From contig NC_135770.1 of assembly GCF_052425735.1 (NCBI RefSeq), positions 5,332,001 through 5,396,000 on the forward strand: a stretch of DNA of 64,000 nucleotides, given 5' to 3'. This document shows positions 46,301-57,814 of the stretch, in pieces. This stretch comes from Oculina patagonica (lineage: Eukaryota). How positions within the stretch are numbered: the first letter of the stretch is position 1; the number at the start of each line of letters is the position of its first letter. The notes under the pieces were generated by a model that had not been told where the DNA came from, did no database searches, and saw nothing but the letters and a program-made list of their open reading frames with translations. The position numbers and the translations under genes are program-made.

Positions 46301-49300
46301 GTTTACATGTTCTAGCTCTATTTAAACAATCCTCTTTTCTTTTAGTAATAATATTTACCTTAATTTACAAAATATAACATTATATCAGGGGCAGAGAATG
46401 GTCCTTCAAAAAATGCGTCTCGCAAAATTTTAGCCAAATTTCAGGGGTCTCGTCGTCTCAAATTTTTCTTTGATGCCTTTTTGGAGTCTAGATTTCTTTT
46501 GCATTAGGCTGAAAACGTCTCAGGCTCGCAGAAAAGATATTTGACTCGCCGTCTTGCAAAGTCTTGCATTTACCATTCGACAACCCTTGTATTGTTTAAT
46601 GGACACTAAAAAACCCAAAATATTTATTTCTATAGGGGTGGGGTGGGGGACTCAAACCAAAATAGTCTTCCATGCATGGTGGCCATATCATGGGGATACA
46701 GATAGAATTATTTTCTGGAACAACACATTACCTTTTGACTTGTTCTTGGGTTAATTCCACATCAGATTCCATCTTTTGATGTACTGGTACTGTACTATCA
46801 TTTTTTTCTTCCTCTTCTCCTGGTGAAGTGGGTGATAATTCACCTTTCTCATTACCAGTCGGACTGCCTTCATGAAGCTTTTGCAACTTCTGTAGTTTTT
46901 CTCTCAATTCCTGATTTTCTAATCTAAAAGTTTAAAATTATATCAATTCAGGTTTAAAATCTTAAATAAATTATTTTCTGCAGGTATCAATAATAACACA
47001 CTTGCAATAAACTAATTACAATACACTTTTTTACAAATACTTATAAAATATTAAATACCCGTTATATCTTACCGTAACTGGTTACAAGCCATAGAAGAGC
47101 AGCCATTCTGCAAAGAAGCATTCAAATAGTTAAAATATATCCAACGTATAACAATGTTCTTTACTCAAAACTATGAATATTTTAATGTTTCCAAGTAAGT
47201 TTAAGAAAGTTATATTATTCATTTGAAAACTGCAGCACAATGAGTTTACACTATTAATTACATTTTTACCACTGTTTATTAATTTACTTATTAATTAATT
47301 TGGTGACATTTTATTGGTTTCATATTAATATATTTACTATTTTATATTTATTTCTGTATTTTATTTTTTACTACACAAACCAAATCCAGCAGGCAAGGGA
47401 TGATGGGATTGCATCCTCTGCCTGCCCCCCACCCCCTCATCATGAGAATTTGTTTGTACTTGTCAAGAGCTGACTTGAGGAGATTATAGCTCCACATCCC
47501 ACCAAGACAGTTACACTTTTATACCTCACACCCCTGCGTTTGATAATGTTCTGGGCCCACCCTAGCTATACAACAAAAGATCAATCAGTTTCAAAAGGAT
47601 AACCAGAAAAACCAAAAAGAAAACCTTTGCTACAGCATTATGGCTCCCTCGTAAATTAGACACATCCCTGTAAAATGCATACTGTATAACACACACCTCA
47701 CATGAGTTGACTGCAGCAACATCCAGCTTCTCTTCATGTGTGTCCATCAAATAAGAGATTCTTTACACTATCAAAAATAAATACTAACTGGTCACATTTT
47801 TTCTACATTTTAAAATATCCAGCCACTTTTATCAACAGACTAAAATAATTTATAAGGATATCTGTTTGCAGATGCCCTTCTTTGGGTTTTCTGTCTGGGA
47901 GTAAATGATGCAATTTCCAGTTGTTGTTTTATGTTAAAAAATTATACTAGAAAAAGCCTAAACAAATCCTTAATTACTCTCTTATTTCTTTAACAGAAAA
48001 TAATGTGTCAAAAAGTGTAAAGCTGTAGTCAGCTACAGGACATTTTCAATGTTATTGTCGAGAACTACTGCAATCTTCCTACAAGGAGGAAAACTACATA
48101 CCTGAAGGTATCTAACATATGCGGCAACCAGAGAATTACACCCGTAAATATTTTAAAAAATTTAAGAGTCAATGGACGACCGCAGACAACAATACGTGAT
48201 AAAATCTTCCATGTTTTGTCTCAATGTCTTAGAGAGAGGTTATTACCCAGAGATGCATTGTCTGAAATGGGATCAAATCTTGACCTGAGGGTAACCTGAA
48301 TGGCTCCTAAGGTATTATGTATTTTCTTTCTTTCAACAATGCTTTTAATAACACAATCGAGAATTGCAATCATAAGACGATCGTGTAAAAGCTGCTAATA
48401 AGGTTGATCAAATAGGATAATTGTTAAATCCTTGAAAGGGAGGGGGGAGGGAAACTTCTTTATAAAGGCATAATGATCATCAAAAATTTGGAAAGCATCT
48501 ACAAGGTAAAAAAATCTTAACTTGAACAAATTCATTTTAACCCCCAAGAAGCTAAGTATCCAATTGAGACAGTGGAGAATGACAGATTTTCTTGCTTTGC
48601 TTGGGTCCTAAGTATACAATTTGTAATGTCTAGAATTAAATGTTGACTTCAAATATCCTTAAAGGAACCCAAATAAACTACAATAATATTGCGTACATTT
48701 GAAAATGGACACCATACACATAAATTATGCACATTTTACAATCTCTTAAATGAATGTTCAAAATGGAATGACTTGCGAGTATCACCTAATATAGGGAGTC
48801 CCTCAATCTGGTTAAATTGTACAAAGAAGTTTATACAAAGATAACAGTTTGCAGAATTCAAAGCTGTGCACTTAGAATAATTGCAGGGTGCCTGAAGGCT
48901 CTTATAAAAGAAATCTTAGGTTCCAGCTCTAAAAAGCTTTTATGATAGCAAATATTAGTCACCCAAAGGCAAAAGTAAGTCACCTGTGGCACACAGGCTC
49001 TGCTAGAGCACAGCTCTGAAATTAGTAAGCAATCCCTAGATGCTGATAATGATATTCACTTTAAAATAAAAGAAACAACAAAGTACTTAAAATAAGTAGA
49101 AAACCAGTATATTGAATATTGTTTCCACTTGCTTACACGGGCTGTCACGCAAGTCAGTGTCACGCCATAATGCATGCGCAGAGACACGTAAGAAGTAACT
49201 TATAATTCAGAACCGATAATGCAAATTTAAAAGCTGATGTAGTAATAACCATTTTCCACATTTCGTTCTACGCACCAAATATCAAACTAAACAGCTTTTG

Positions 49301-49735
49301 GCTTTCTCAAGGCACTGTTAACTGGTTTGAATCTTAAATCAAGTTAACTCTCTACTAGCGCTTCAGTACTGTGATAAAGACGCGGTTATCTGCTACTCAT
49401 TTTACCAGTACTAGCCAAAAATTTAATTTCAAAAGCGCGTAGCTTCCGCTAACAGCTGCATTCTAGAACCTGAAAACTATGATGAAATTCGTTCGCGTGG
49501 CATTGAAAACATTTTATAGTCCAACGTTTTCAACTTTGCATGCTTTACTTACCAAGGCCACCTTTGAGAGATCTTTTGTAGTTGTTAGCTTCCAAGCATA
49601 CAAAATATATCTTGCGTGACTTTCTAAATTTCCTTTATCATGTTTATGGGTAAATTGAACAATGAGTAACAGAATACGTGCACGTATTTTGGCGAGTTGA
49701 AGGCTCATGTTTGTACAGCAATGATTTGTAAACAT
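43383..49735 (-). CDS. Multi-exon gene for an uncharacterised coiled-coil protein (~248 aa)
   Basis: Exons 49735-49553, 47107-47073, 46923-46732, 46220-46154, 45858-45751 and 43544-43383 all have GT-AG junctions with matching phases (0,2,2,0,0) and no stops: MFTNHCC...KVAL/NGCSSMACNQLR/LENQELREKLQKLQ...EQVKR/LKADYDDVVKKNQELENRILQM/AGDLQLEKARFEE...LEREC/LPSDLKD...PLNG*. The first two exons are less certain. Confidence 0.75.
43600..44060. repeat. Intronic repeat element with inverted arms of GGATTTTCGAGTT units and a central 21-bp tandem repeat
   Basis: About 8 copies of TAGGCTAAC(C/A)GGAGTG..TAG at 43727-43895; the flanking arms are complementary. Confidence 0.7.
44107..44268. mobile_element. 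MITE, TIR CAGGGATGT(C/A)GCTAAG, 6-bp TSD ATGACA
   Basis: ATGACA-CAGGGATGTCGCTAAG...CTTAGCTACATCCCTG-ATGACA. Confidence 0.85.
44367..44972. mobile_element. piggyBac-type MITE
   Basis: TTAA-CCCTATTCAGA...TCTGAATAGGG-TTAA. Confidence 0.85.
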
Positions 49736-49810
49736 ATCCGGGGCGAGAATGTGACAGCTCGGTCCAGTTCAACACGGTCGGGCGAATGATTCTCATTTCT
49801 CATTTCCTTT

Positions 49811-51181
49811 ATGTCTCAGATCCCTCTCCTATATGTACATCGAAAACTCATGCCAAAACTCATGTACCGTGCTTCCGTATTAAATCTAGACAAAGATTTT
49901 TTGAAAAAGGTTAATTCTGTGATGTTTAATTTTTTATGGAACGGAAAAGATAAAATCAAACGCTTAGCTCTGATCAGCGATTATAAAGATGGCGGTCTGA
50001 AAATGCCTCACGTGGAGTCTGCAATCAAAACTCAGAGAATCATTTGCCTAAAGAAGTATACTGAGAACTATCATAGCCCTTGGAAACTTATTCTATCAAG
50101 GATTCTCAAAGATCACGGCGAGAAATTCCTTCTTCATTGTAATTATAATGGTGCTGATCTACCTAAACACCTTCCTAAATTTTATCGCGAGTGTTTTGAG
50201 ACCTGGGCGACAGTCAATACTAAAGAAATGTCCTCCCGAGACGTCATCATGGATCAAATACTATGGAACAATCAATTTCTGCGTATTGGGGGCAAACCTC
50301 AATTTTGCAAAAAATCATATATGGCTGGAATTGTAAAGATAAAAGATATCCTTCTCCCGAACGGCAAATTAAAAACTTGGAATTTCTTTAGAGAAAAAGG
50401 GCTGAATTTTAACAATTATTTCTTAATCCTTGGTCTGTCAAAAGCACTTCCAGACGCATGGAGAGTCTTGATAAACTCGAAAAATCCACAACCACCTGAT
50501 GCGCAAGAGCAGAGCACCACCACAATTTTGGATTTAACTCAGTTTGTGCTCAATTGTAATAATGAAGAAATTAAGCTCAGTGAACTCACGAGCAAAAGAC
50601 TGTACTGGATTCTGATAGGGAACATACACGTCCATCCTACTGCAAGATTAAAATACAACTCTTTATTTGATGATCAAAATCTTGACTGGAATCAAATTTA
50701 TTTAACGCCACAAAAAGTGACTTTAGACATTAAAATGTTTCAATTTAAAATTCTTAATCGTATAATATATACTAACAAATTGTTGAATAAAATGAGGCTA
50801 ATAGATACCTCGTTATGTATGTTTTGTGGAGAGTACGAAGAATCTCTCGAGCATTTGTTTTTACACTGCAAATTTACCATAGATTTCTGGACGCATACTA
50901 CTAACTGGTTAAATAAATTAAATATTACCATTTCTAGGCTAAATGACAGCGAAATTCTGCTAGGTATTACAAAAGAAAGTCCTCATTGGACTCTTCTCAA
51001 TCATATCCTCATTGCTGGTAAGCAAGTAATCCACGCTAATCGGCTCAGGAAAACAAAACCACTCCTACCTCAGTTAATAGCTAAACTTAAATATATTGAA
51101 CACATTGAATATTGTATCGCTAAGAAAAGGGACAGGCTTAAATTTCACCTACAGAAATGGGAAATACTTAAGTTTTCTTGA
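49811..51181 (+). CDS. LINE ORF2 C-terminal fragment fused in frame to an ATG from flanking DNA (456 aa)
   Basis: The first ~12 codons come from the duplicated flank; endonuclease and RT catalytic core are absent. Confidence 0.6.
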   Translation: MSQIPLLYVHRKLMPKLMYRASVLNLDKDFLKKVNSVMFNFLWNGKDKIKRLALISDYKDGGLKMPHVESAIKTQRIICLKKYTENYHSPWKLILSRILKDHGEKFLLHCNYNGADLPKHLPKFYRECFETWATVNTKEMSSRDVIMDQILWNNQFLRIGGKPQFCKKSYMAGIVKIKDILLPNGKLKTWNFFREKGLNFNNYFLILGLSKALPDAWRVLINSKNPQPPDAQEQSTTTILDLTQFVLNCNNEEIKLSELTSKRLYWILIGNIHVHPTARLKYNSLFDDQNLDWNQIYLTPQKVTLDIKMFQFKILNRIIYTNKLLNKMRLIDTSLCMFCGEYEESLEHLFLHCKFTIDFWTHTTNWLNKLNITISRLNDSEILLGITKESPHWTLLNHILIAGKQVIHANRLRKTKPLLPQLIAKLKYIEHIEYCIAKKRDRLKFHLQKWEILKFS

Positions 51182-51487
51182 GAAATTATTGTATCTTTAA
51201 ATAAGTCCTTTTACTTAATCTTCATTGTTGTAAATAGGGCATAATTAGTGTCAAATAGAAGTAGCTTAGCAATCAATCAAAACTTTTGTTAAATAGGAGT
51301 AGCGCTTTACGTTAGCGACAATAGTATTGTTTTTTTTTTTTCGTGTTTGTAGTGTATGCAATGTTAGAATCGTCTTTGTAAGTAATTGTCAGTAATTGTA
51401 TTGTAATGTAATGTGCATGAATCAGTAAGAGCAATAAAAAAAAAATAAAAATAAAAATAAAAAAAAAATAAAAAAAAAATAAAAAAA
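49846..51487 (+). mobile_element. 5'-truncated L1/Tx1-clade LINE with poly(A)-rich tail
   Basis: ORF2 C-terminal motifs (FLWNGKDKIKR...GGLKMP; zf-RVT CMFCGEYEESLEHLFLHC), a 3' UTR, an A-rich tail at 51433-51489, and a 75-bp direct repeat on both sides. Confidence 0.92.
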
Positions 51488-52973
51488 AACACGGTCGGGC
51501 GAATGATTCTCATTTCTCATTTCCTTTATGTCTCAGATCCCTCTCCTATATGTACATCGAAACGGAAGGAGGAGCAAATGGCTGAATCTAGAAAGAGGAA
51601 GTTTAAGGTATAATGTTTAATGTTAACAAGATTATAGAAAGCCTTGTAGAAAGAGATAAAGTTTAGTAGGGAAGGACCATTAATATTATTTGATTGGGGG
51701 ATTGCCAAAAAAATTCCTGCACAGAAGAAACGACTGAAAAAAAAAATCGTGCAAGGGGAACCTGGAGGAAAAGAGTTGAGAAATACCTTAAAAAAATTCT
51801 TGCACAACTTGAAGGTGAAAACAAATATCTTGCCTGGAAAATTAAATCCCCCACCCCCCCCCCCTCTCCAAAAAAAAAAATAATGGTCTTGTATACATCA
51901 CTGCGAATGTTTTTTATTTATTTTTATTTTTTTTAGGTGTCTACTTTATTTTGTTTAAATTTCACAGGCTGTGGTTGGCATAACATCGCTGCAGTACCCA
52001 CCTGGTGACATTGACTAAAACAAGATTGTCACACAGTCTTTTCTCGTGAAGATAGATTGCGTGACAAGCAAACGGAATGTTGGCTCGTGTGGTGCTCATG
52101 ATAAGGGGCTATGTCTGCTATAGTAACGGTATAAAATTCTGATGAACTGATTAATCTATGGCTATTAAATGGCAGACAGACAGACGCATGGACGGTTGTG
52201 AAAGGCTCAAATACAAACCCCAAATATCTGAATGTTTTCAAACCTCCAGAATCACCCATATCCACTAGAAAAAGCACACCCAGAAGCATGTAGAATTATC
52301 CCAAAACGCATCTTTTGGAACACGCAAAGACTAAGCATATAAAGACAAATTTACTACCACCCCCAAAATCCTTGTTCTTGGTTTCCTTCACTTTTATCCT
52401 TAACAAGTGAGTGACTAGCTCTGCCAAGAAAGCGTTGCCGTGATGTAATCAGGTGGGCGTAAAGCGGAGAGTTACTGACGTATTTCGGTCTCGAGAGGGT
52501 TCTTGAAATTTTGCACGATCATCATCACCGCGGAATATTTTTAATTCAATGCATCAAAATTTCCGTTACGTTAATACACTTTTTAAAACGATCCCAACCG
52601 TGACCATCGGGTGCTAATTGAATTTTTCTTTTATGACCGATGTGAAATAAAAAGTGTTGCTTTTCACTGTTTTCAGAGCAGACGATTTAGTGTTAATTTG
52701 GCGCTGTTGAAAAATATGTTCAATATCAATACGAGTAATAAGGAAAAGTTTTTTTCACTAAACTTAAAGGAAAAAATAAAAATCATCAAGGGCCCATTGA
52801 GAATATCGAGTGGGCATTATGAATGGACGAGCGATGAAACACGCCACGTGTCCACGCGTGACCTTGTTCCCAGCTTTCTCGCAACTTCCACTAAACAGGA
52901 ACTGCTCAACTTTGGAGGTCGATTCTAAGAACATTGGTTGTTTAGCGAGGTTGTTTAACACAAAGGCCTCAAG

Positions 52974-54509
52974 ATGTCGGCTAAAAGCTTTTTGTCGACC
53001 GTTGCTATCCATTATTTTGGCTTCACAATGGCCGTGGATTACTCCATAGTGCTTTTATCAGTGCAAGAACTGTGGGATTCGCTCGGTGGCAGCGCCGCTT
53101 ATTACGGTTTCATGTTCGGAAGTTACGCTCTCGCCCAAGCCATCGTTTCGCCTTTACTGGGCTACATCTCCGATTTACGTGGCTTAAAATTCGCCGTGAT
53201 GTTATCCTTGATTGTGAATATTACGGGAAATGTGTTATACGGACTCTCTGTTCTTTCGCAATCGCTGAACATGGCTTTTATCGGGCGATTTGTAGCGGGG
53301 CTTAGCGCGGGTTCGGTGACGCTAGCCCTAATTTACTTGACGAACACGACTCCGAGAGAAACTCGTGGAAAGTCTGTTGCTAGTTTTAAGCTAGCCCAAG
53401 CAGTTGGCCTTTTAGGAGGACCTATAATCGGCATGTTCCTTGTCCCACCGCTAGCGGGTAATATCCATCAAAACGTTACGAGTGCCAAGGTATTCAATAT
53501 GTACACAACTCCGGCTTGGCTTGCGACGGCTAATGTTGTTGTGATCATGTTACCACTGATTAAATACTGTTTCAAGAATCCAATGGCACCTCATATGGCG
53601 ATGAAATTCAACTACAGAGAAGCGAAAGGACTGATTGCTCACACTATAGTGTTGATGTTGTTGATGTTTTTCGGAACGGCGTGTTTCTGGGGAATTACAA
53701 GCGACTTATTCACCCTTGCGTTCGGACAATACCGCCTAGTATCAGCACAGAGAGACTTATGGAAAGTCTATATTTCCGGTGGCATCGCTTTCGTCTTCGC
53801 GGGCGTTCTGATACGAGGCACAATTCACCGAAAACTTTCGCCGGCGATGTTTTCTATTCTGGGACTAATTCTTAACGTCTGGGGATTTGTGATGCTCCTT
53901 GATTACAAAATCACCGATGAACGTTTGAGAAACGGCTTTTACTTCGGAGCCGTGGCTCTCGCCATTTCCGGCGGTGCCGCTTTCTTCACCGGTGTGGGAG
54001 TTTATTACTTGCAAAAAATCACCGATTTCAGCGATCAGGCACGCAATCGTCGAGGGCTGTTTCTCGGGTTTTTCAACTTCGCCGAAGCTCTTGGTCGATT
54101 CGCCGGGCCAGCTCTGATATCCCTGTTCCTGCGCTTGACAAATAAAGATGACAAAGGGAGCCCAGGATGTAACCCTGTCGAGTTTGATGCGACTTACTGT
54201 AAAGTTTCTAACGTTAATATAGTTCTCGCAACATTGTGCGGAGTTCTGTTTGTAAATCTACTCCTGTTTATATATTACCATATTGTTCATGGAAAGCGGC
54301 GTACGGATGGCTTTCTGCTCACTAATACAGACCTTCCGAACGCTTTAGAAGGAAGACTAACGTTCAGGGAGGACCTAGACGATTTTGCGGATGGAGACAG
54401 GGAAGTAAGTGGTCCCGTTCACACCCAGATGGAGCTGTCGCCTCCACAGGTTCACAGGACTTCTTCTCATGCCTCTTCATCACTAGACGGAAGTATTCAC
54501 ACTGTATAA
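52974..54509 (+). CDS. Major facilitator superfamily transporter, MFSD8/CLN7-like (511 aa), intronless
   Basis: Many hydrophobic helices, MFS motif A (GYISDLRGLK), GRFVAG in TM4, LGRFAGP near TM11, and a hydrophilic C-terminal tail. Confidence 0.88.
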   Translation: MSAKSFLSTVAIHYFGFTMAVDYSIVLLSVQELWDSLGGSAAYYGFMFGSYALAQAIVSPLLGYISDLRGLKFAVMLSLIVNITGNVLYGLSVLSQSLNMAFIGRFVAGLSAGSVTLALIYLTNTTPRETRGKSVASFKLAQAVGLLGGPIIGMFLVPPLAGNIHQNVTSAKVFNMYTTPAWLATANVVVIMLPLIKYCFKNPMAPHMAMKFNYREAKGLIAHTIVLMLLMFFGTACFWGITSDLFTLAFGQYRLVSAQRDLWKVYISGGIAFVFAGVLIRGTIHRKLSPAMFSILGLILNVWGFVMLLDYKITDERLRNGFYFGAVALAISGGAAFFTGVGVYYLQKITDFSDQARNRRGLFLGFFNFAEALGRFAGPALISLFLRLTNKDDKGSPGCNPVEFDATYCKVSNVNIVLATLCGVLFVNLLLFIYYHIVHGKRRTDGFLLTNTDLPNALEGRLTFREDLDDFADGDREVSGPVHTQMELSPPQVHRTSSHASSSLDGSIHTV

Positions 54510-56633
54510 TTTGTACAACATCAAGTTACATAATATTTATACTCTTCAACTATTGAAGTAACAAGGTGACACTGCATGGAGCTCTTATAAAGATTGAGTT
54601 TCATTCATGTACACTGCCTCTTATATGTAATTAAGCTAAACAGATAATTTCAGGGGTGAAGAAAATTGGCTCTAACTTGTGCCATCCAGTTTCGGTTTAT
54701 ATGTTCTTATATGCAAATTTAAATGCAATTTGAGGTAAATAGATCCGCACAATAATTACGTCACACAATCTTTCTGTGCACGTAATGTGTTTACTTCCTT
54801 GATAATACCATTGCATAGGTAGCGATCGTTTTTCCCAGAAAGAGAGCAACTAAGTTAGCAGGAAAGAAGAAGAAAATCTGCGTAAAATTTTCAGATGTAC
54901 GGTATACAATCTTTTAAGATCTGTGACATTTAGCATGTAATCAGCTTATTCTTCAGAATTCGAAATAAACACTTCACTGCAATATATAAGAGAGCCTCCA
55001 AATTCCAAGAAATCAGCACGCGGAATAATAAGGAAAATGACGGATTTCCTTGACGTTTTTCCAGACTCTTAACCAAACATTCTTTAGATAAGTAATAATA
55101 CGCCATGCCATCTTGAGAAGAAGAGATTGCGTGACAAACCGTACGTGCGTTGGAGCACAGGAACTTATGCTCTCGTTGATCGGTAAGATATGCCCAGTGA
55201 ATAGATCAAAAACAACATTTTTTATTACTCAAAACAAAACCTGCGTGGGATACTGCTAAGTCTGAACATAGACAACAACTTTATTCCGCTTGCAGTTTTC
55301 TAAATTTAAAGGAGCTATATGTCACAATATTTGAAGTCCTTTTTCGATGCTCAATTTTTTTTTCAAATTGAGGGAACCGAAAATGATACTTTTCTAAGTT
55401 GGAAAAGCACCAAAGAACTAATATACCGAATATAGACAAGAATGGTTACTGAGGAAGATTGCATGTATGAAGCCTGTGAAGCTCTGGTTGAGAACGGGGC
55501 AAAGAGAAAGCGGGAAGGGGAAGGGTGCTCGGCCTCCCCCTCCCCCTCCTCCCCACTCTCGGCCACTTTACTAGCAGCCAGATTCCTTTGCGGCCCTTAC
55601 AGCTGGAGCATGTTCACAGGCTAACATGAAAGACAACTTGTAATTAAAAGGCCCGTTTTTTTCTACCTGTACGTATAACTGATTATCTCAGGAGGTACTA
55701 TTTACGACATTAGAATCTCATGAGTTAATTTAGTGACAATGTAATGTTAGTACTGTCTGCCTTCAGTGAAATCCCAATTTCTCGAAGCTCCGGCCGGATA
55801 TAAACTCGAACGTTTCCCTTGGATTTACTTCGTTTAGTCAAACAACGCAATTTTTAAACCCCCAATTCCTCAAATCAATTTTCTTTTCTCATGGAGGCTC
55901 GAAATCAGGATTGTACTGTATTTACAGTATTCTATATAATCAAGAATATATAACTGAAATTTATAATGCGCAGCTTTAACCATAAAATGAGCAAATAAAC
56001 ATAAATCGCTACGAAATGAACAGTATATAAATCTCGGTGGAAATAAACAGGTCAATAAAAAGCGGAAAAGTATACGTAGTCATGAGGTTTGTTTGTACAA
56101 GAGACCCTTCAACCGTTCCCCTAACAATTTTTTTTCTTTTCAACTTTTGGCACGGACCAGTTAGCGCAAATCCATTGACACTGCTGAAAAGGGCGCCTTA
56201 CAATTTAGTAGCAAACTCGCCAAGTTTGGGAGTGATTCGTCAAAAACGAGTGAAGAAATAGCTCCACAAAGTCGCGAAATTTTACAGACGTTTGAACGGT
56301 TGGGGCCGGGGCACAAACTTGTCCCCACCATACAAACGTCTGTAAACTTTCGCGACTCTGTGGACTTAAAAAGTTTTCAGCATAGCACTCCAACTTCAAC
56401 CCGCTCTTTACAGTGGTGTCGATGGATTATCGCCAACTTGTCCATGTCAAAAGAGGAGAAAGAGAAAAGAAAAGCCATTCGTCCCTTTCGCGCTTCCTCC
56501 CCTGTCCCCACTCCTTAGGAACGGTCTGATACTCGGATTAAGCGGTTTTGAAGAAACTAAATATAGGATAACATTCTTCCTATTTAGACATTCAAGTGTA
56601 TACTATTGCTGTACAAACGATATTTACTTGGTA

Positions 56634-57044
56634 CAGTAAAAACCCGCGTATAAGAACACCTATTTTGGCGGTTCAGGCTGATTTGGTTCTTATATAAAGG
56701 GTTATAATCTGCAAAATCAGCCTGTAAGTGTTCTTAAGTGTTCTTAAAAAAGTTTCTTAAAATAGGGAACATACTAGGCTACCAATAGATGAAATCAATA
56801 TATATGCACACAAGTGTATTTTAATTTTAATAAAATTGATAAATCAAGGCAATACTGTACTGTAATTGGGGTGGAACTATTATGTGTGCAATGAAAAGTA
56901 GTGTTGATCTTTGATATTTTTCCATATAAGAACAACTTTGATTTTTCAGGCTGAATGTGTTCTTACTTGTAAATGGTACTTTATTTTCTAAAATCAGGCC
57001 TGGGTGTTCTTAATCCACTTGTTCTTATACGCGGGTTTTTACTG
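56634..57044. mobile_element. Tc1/mariner-pogo-type MITE
   Basis: TA-CAGTAAAAACCCGCGTATAAGAACA...TGTTCTTATACGCGGGTTTTTACTG-TA. Confidence 0.9.
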
Positions 57045-57814
57045 TATTTGTATTTTTTTTAGCAGAAGTTTGTTTGAATAAGGCGATCTTTACGGCTAGA
57101 GTAGCCATAAAAAACCGCTGTCCGGAGTTTTCCTTCGCTGAATTCGCCGTTAAACTTGACAAGCGAACTTGTGAAAAGTACGGTGTTTAACCCGGGCAGA
57201 AAATGTCTTTTTAATACTGGCCTTTTTCATGGTTATTGTTTCAAGCAGTAACCGGCAGCTTTTCGTACACTTTCAAAATCACCATCTTTTTTTGTTCCCT
57301 TTTGTTTCTCTTTTCCTTGCGTGCTTTTCAACCTTTGTATCATCCAGTTTATGACATTTACAGAGCTGCGTGTCCGTATTGTAGAGAGAAGAATAATGGC
57401 AAAATTCCCCTTTCTGTACGAAGTGAGCTAGAGGCCGTATCGGATATTTAGACGGGCGGCAAAACTTGTCAGGAGAAGCGTATAGGGACAAGGCTCACGT
57501 GCGACTTTTATAATCTGACTGAAAACTTGGCTTTTAGCCAATCAGAGTGCACGCAGAATAATACAGCCCAAACGGAGGCGCTCAAACATTTTCTTATCAA
57601 ACCAAACCAAACCTCAAAACACAACTTTTATAACATTCAGCGTTTACTGATCAGAATAGAAATTTTTTGGTCGTTTTTAGCCAAAATTTATCTTCTTTTC
57701 TTTTCTGTGCGTGAGCGCGCGCGCCGACTCTCATGTGTCTGCACGTGCGAGTGCAAATGACGTAATAAAGGAAATTGAAAATCGTCATAAACGGCTAAAA
57801 AGCGGCTCGGATGA

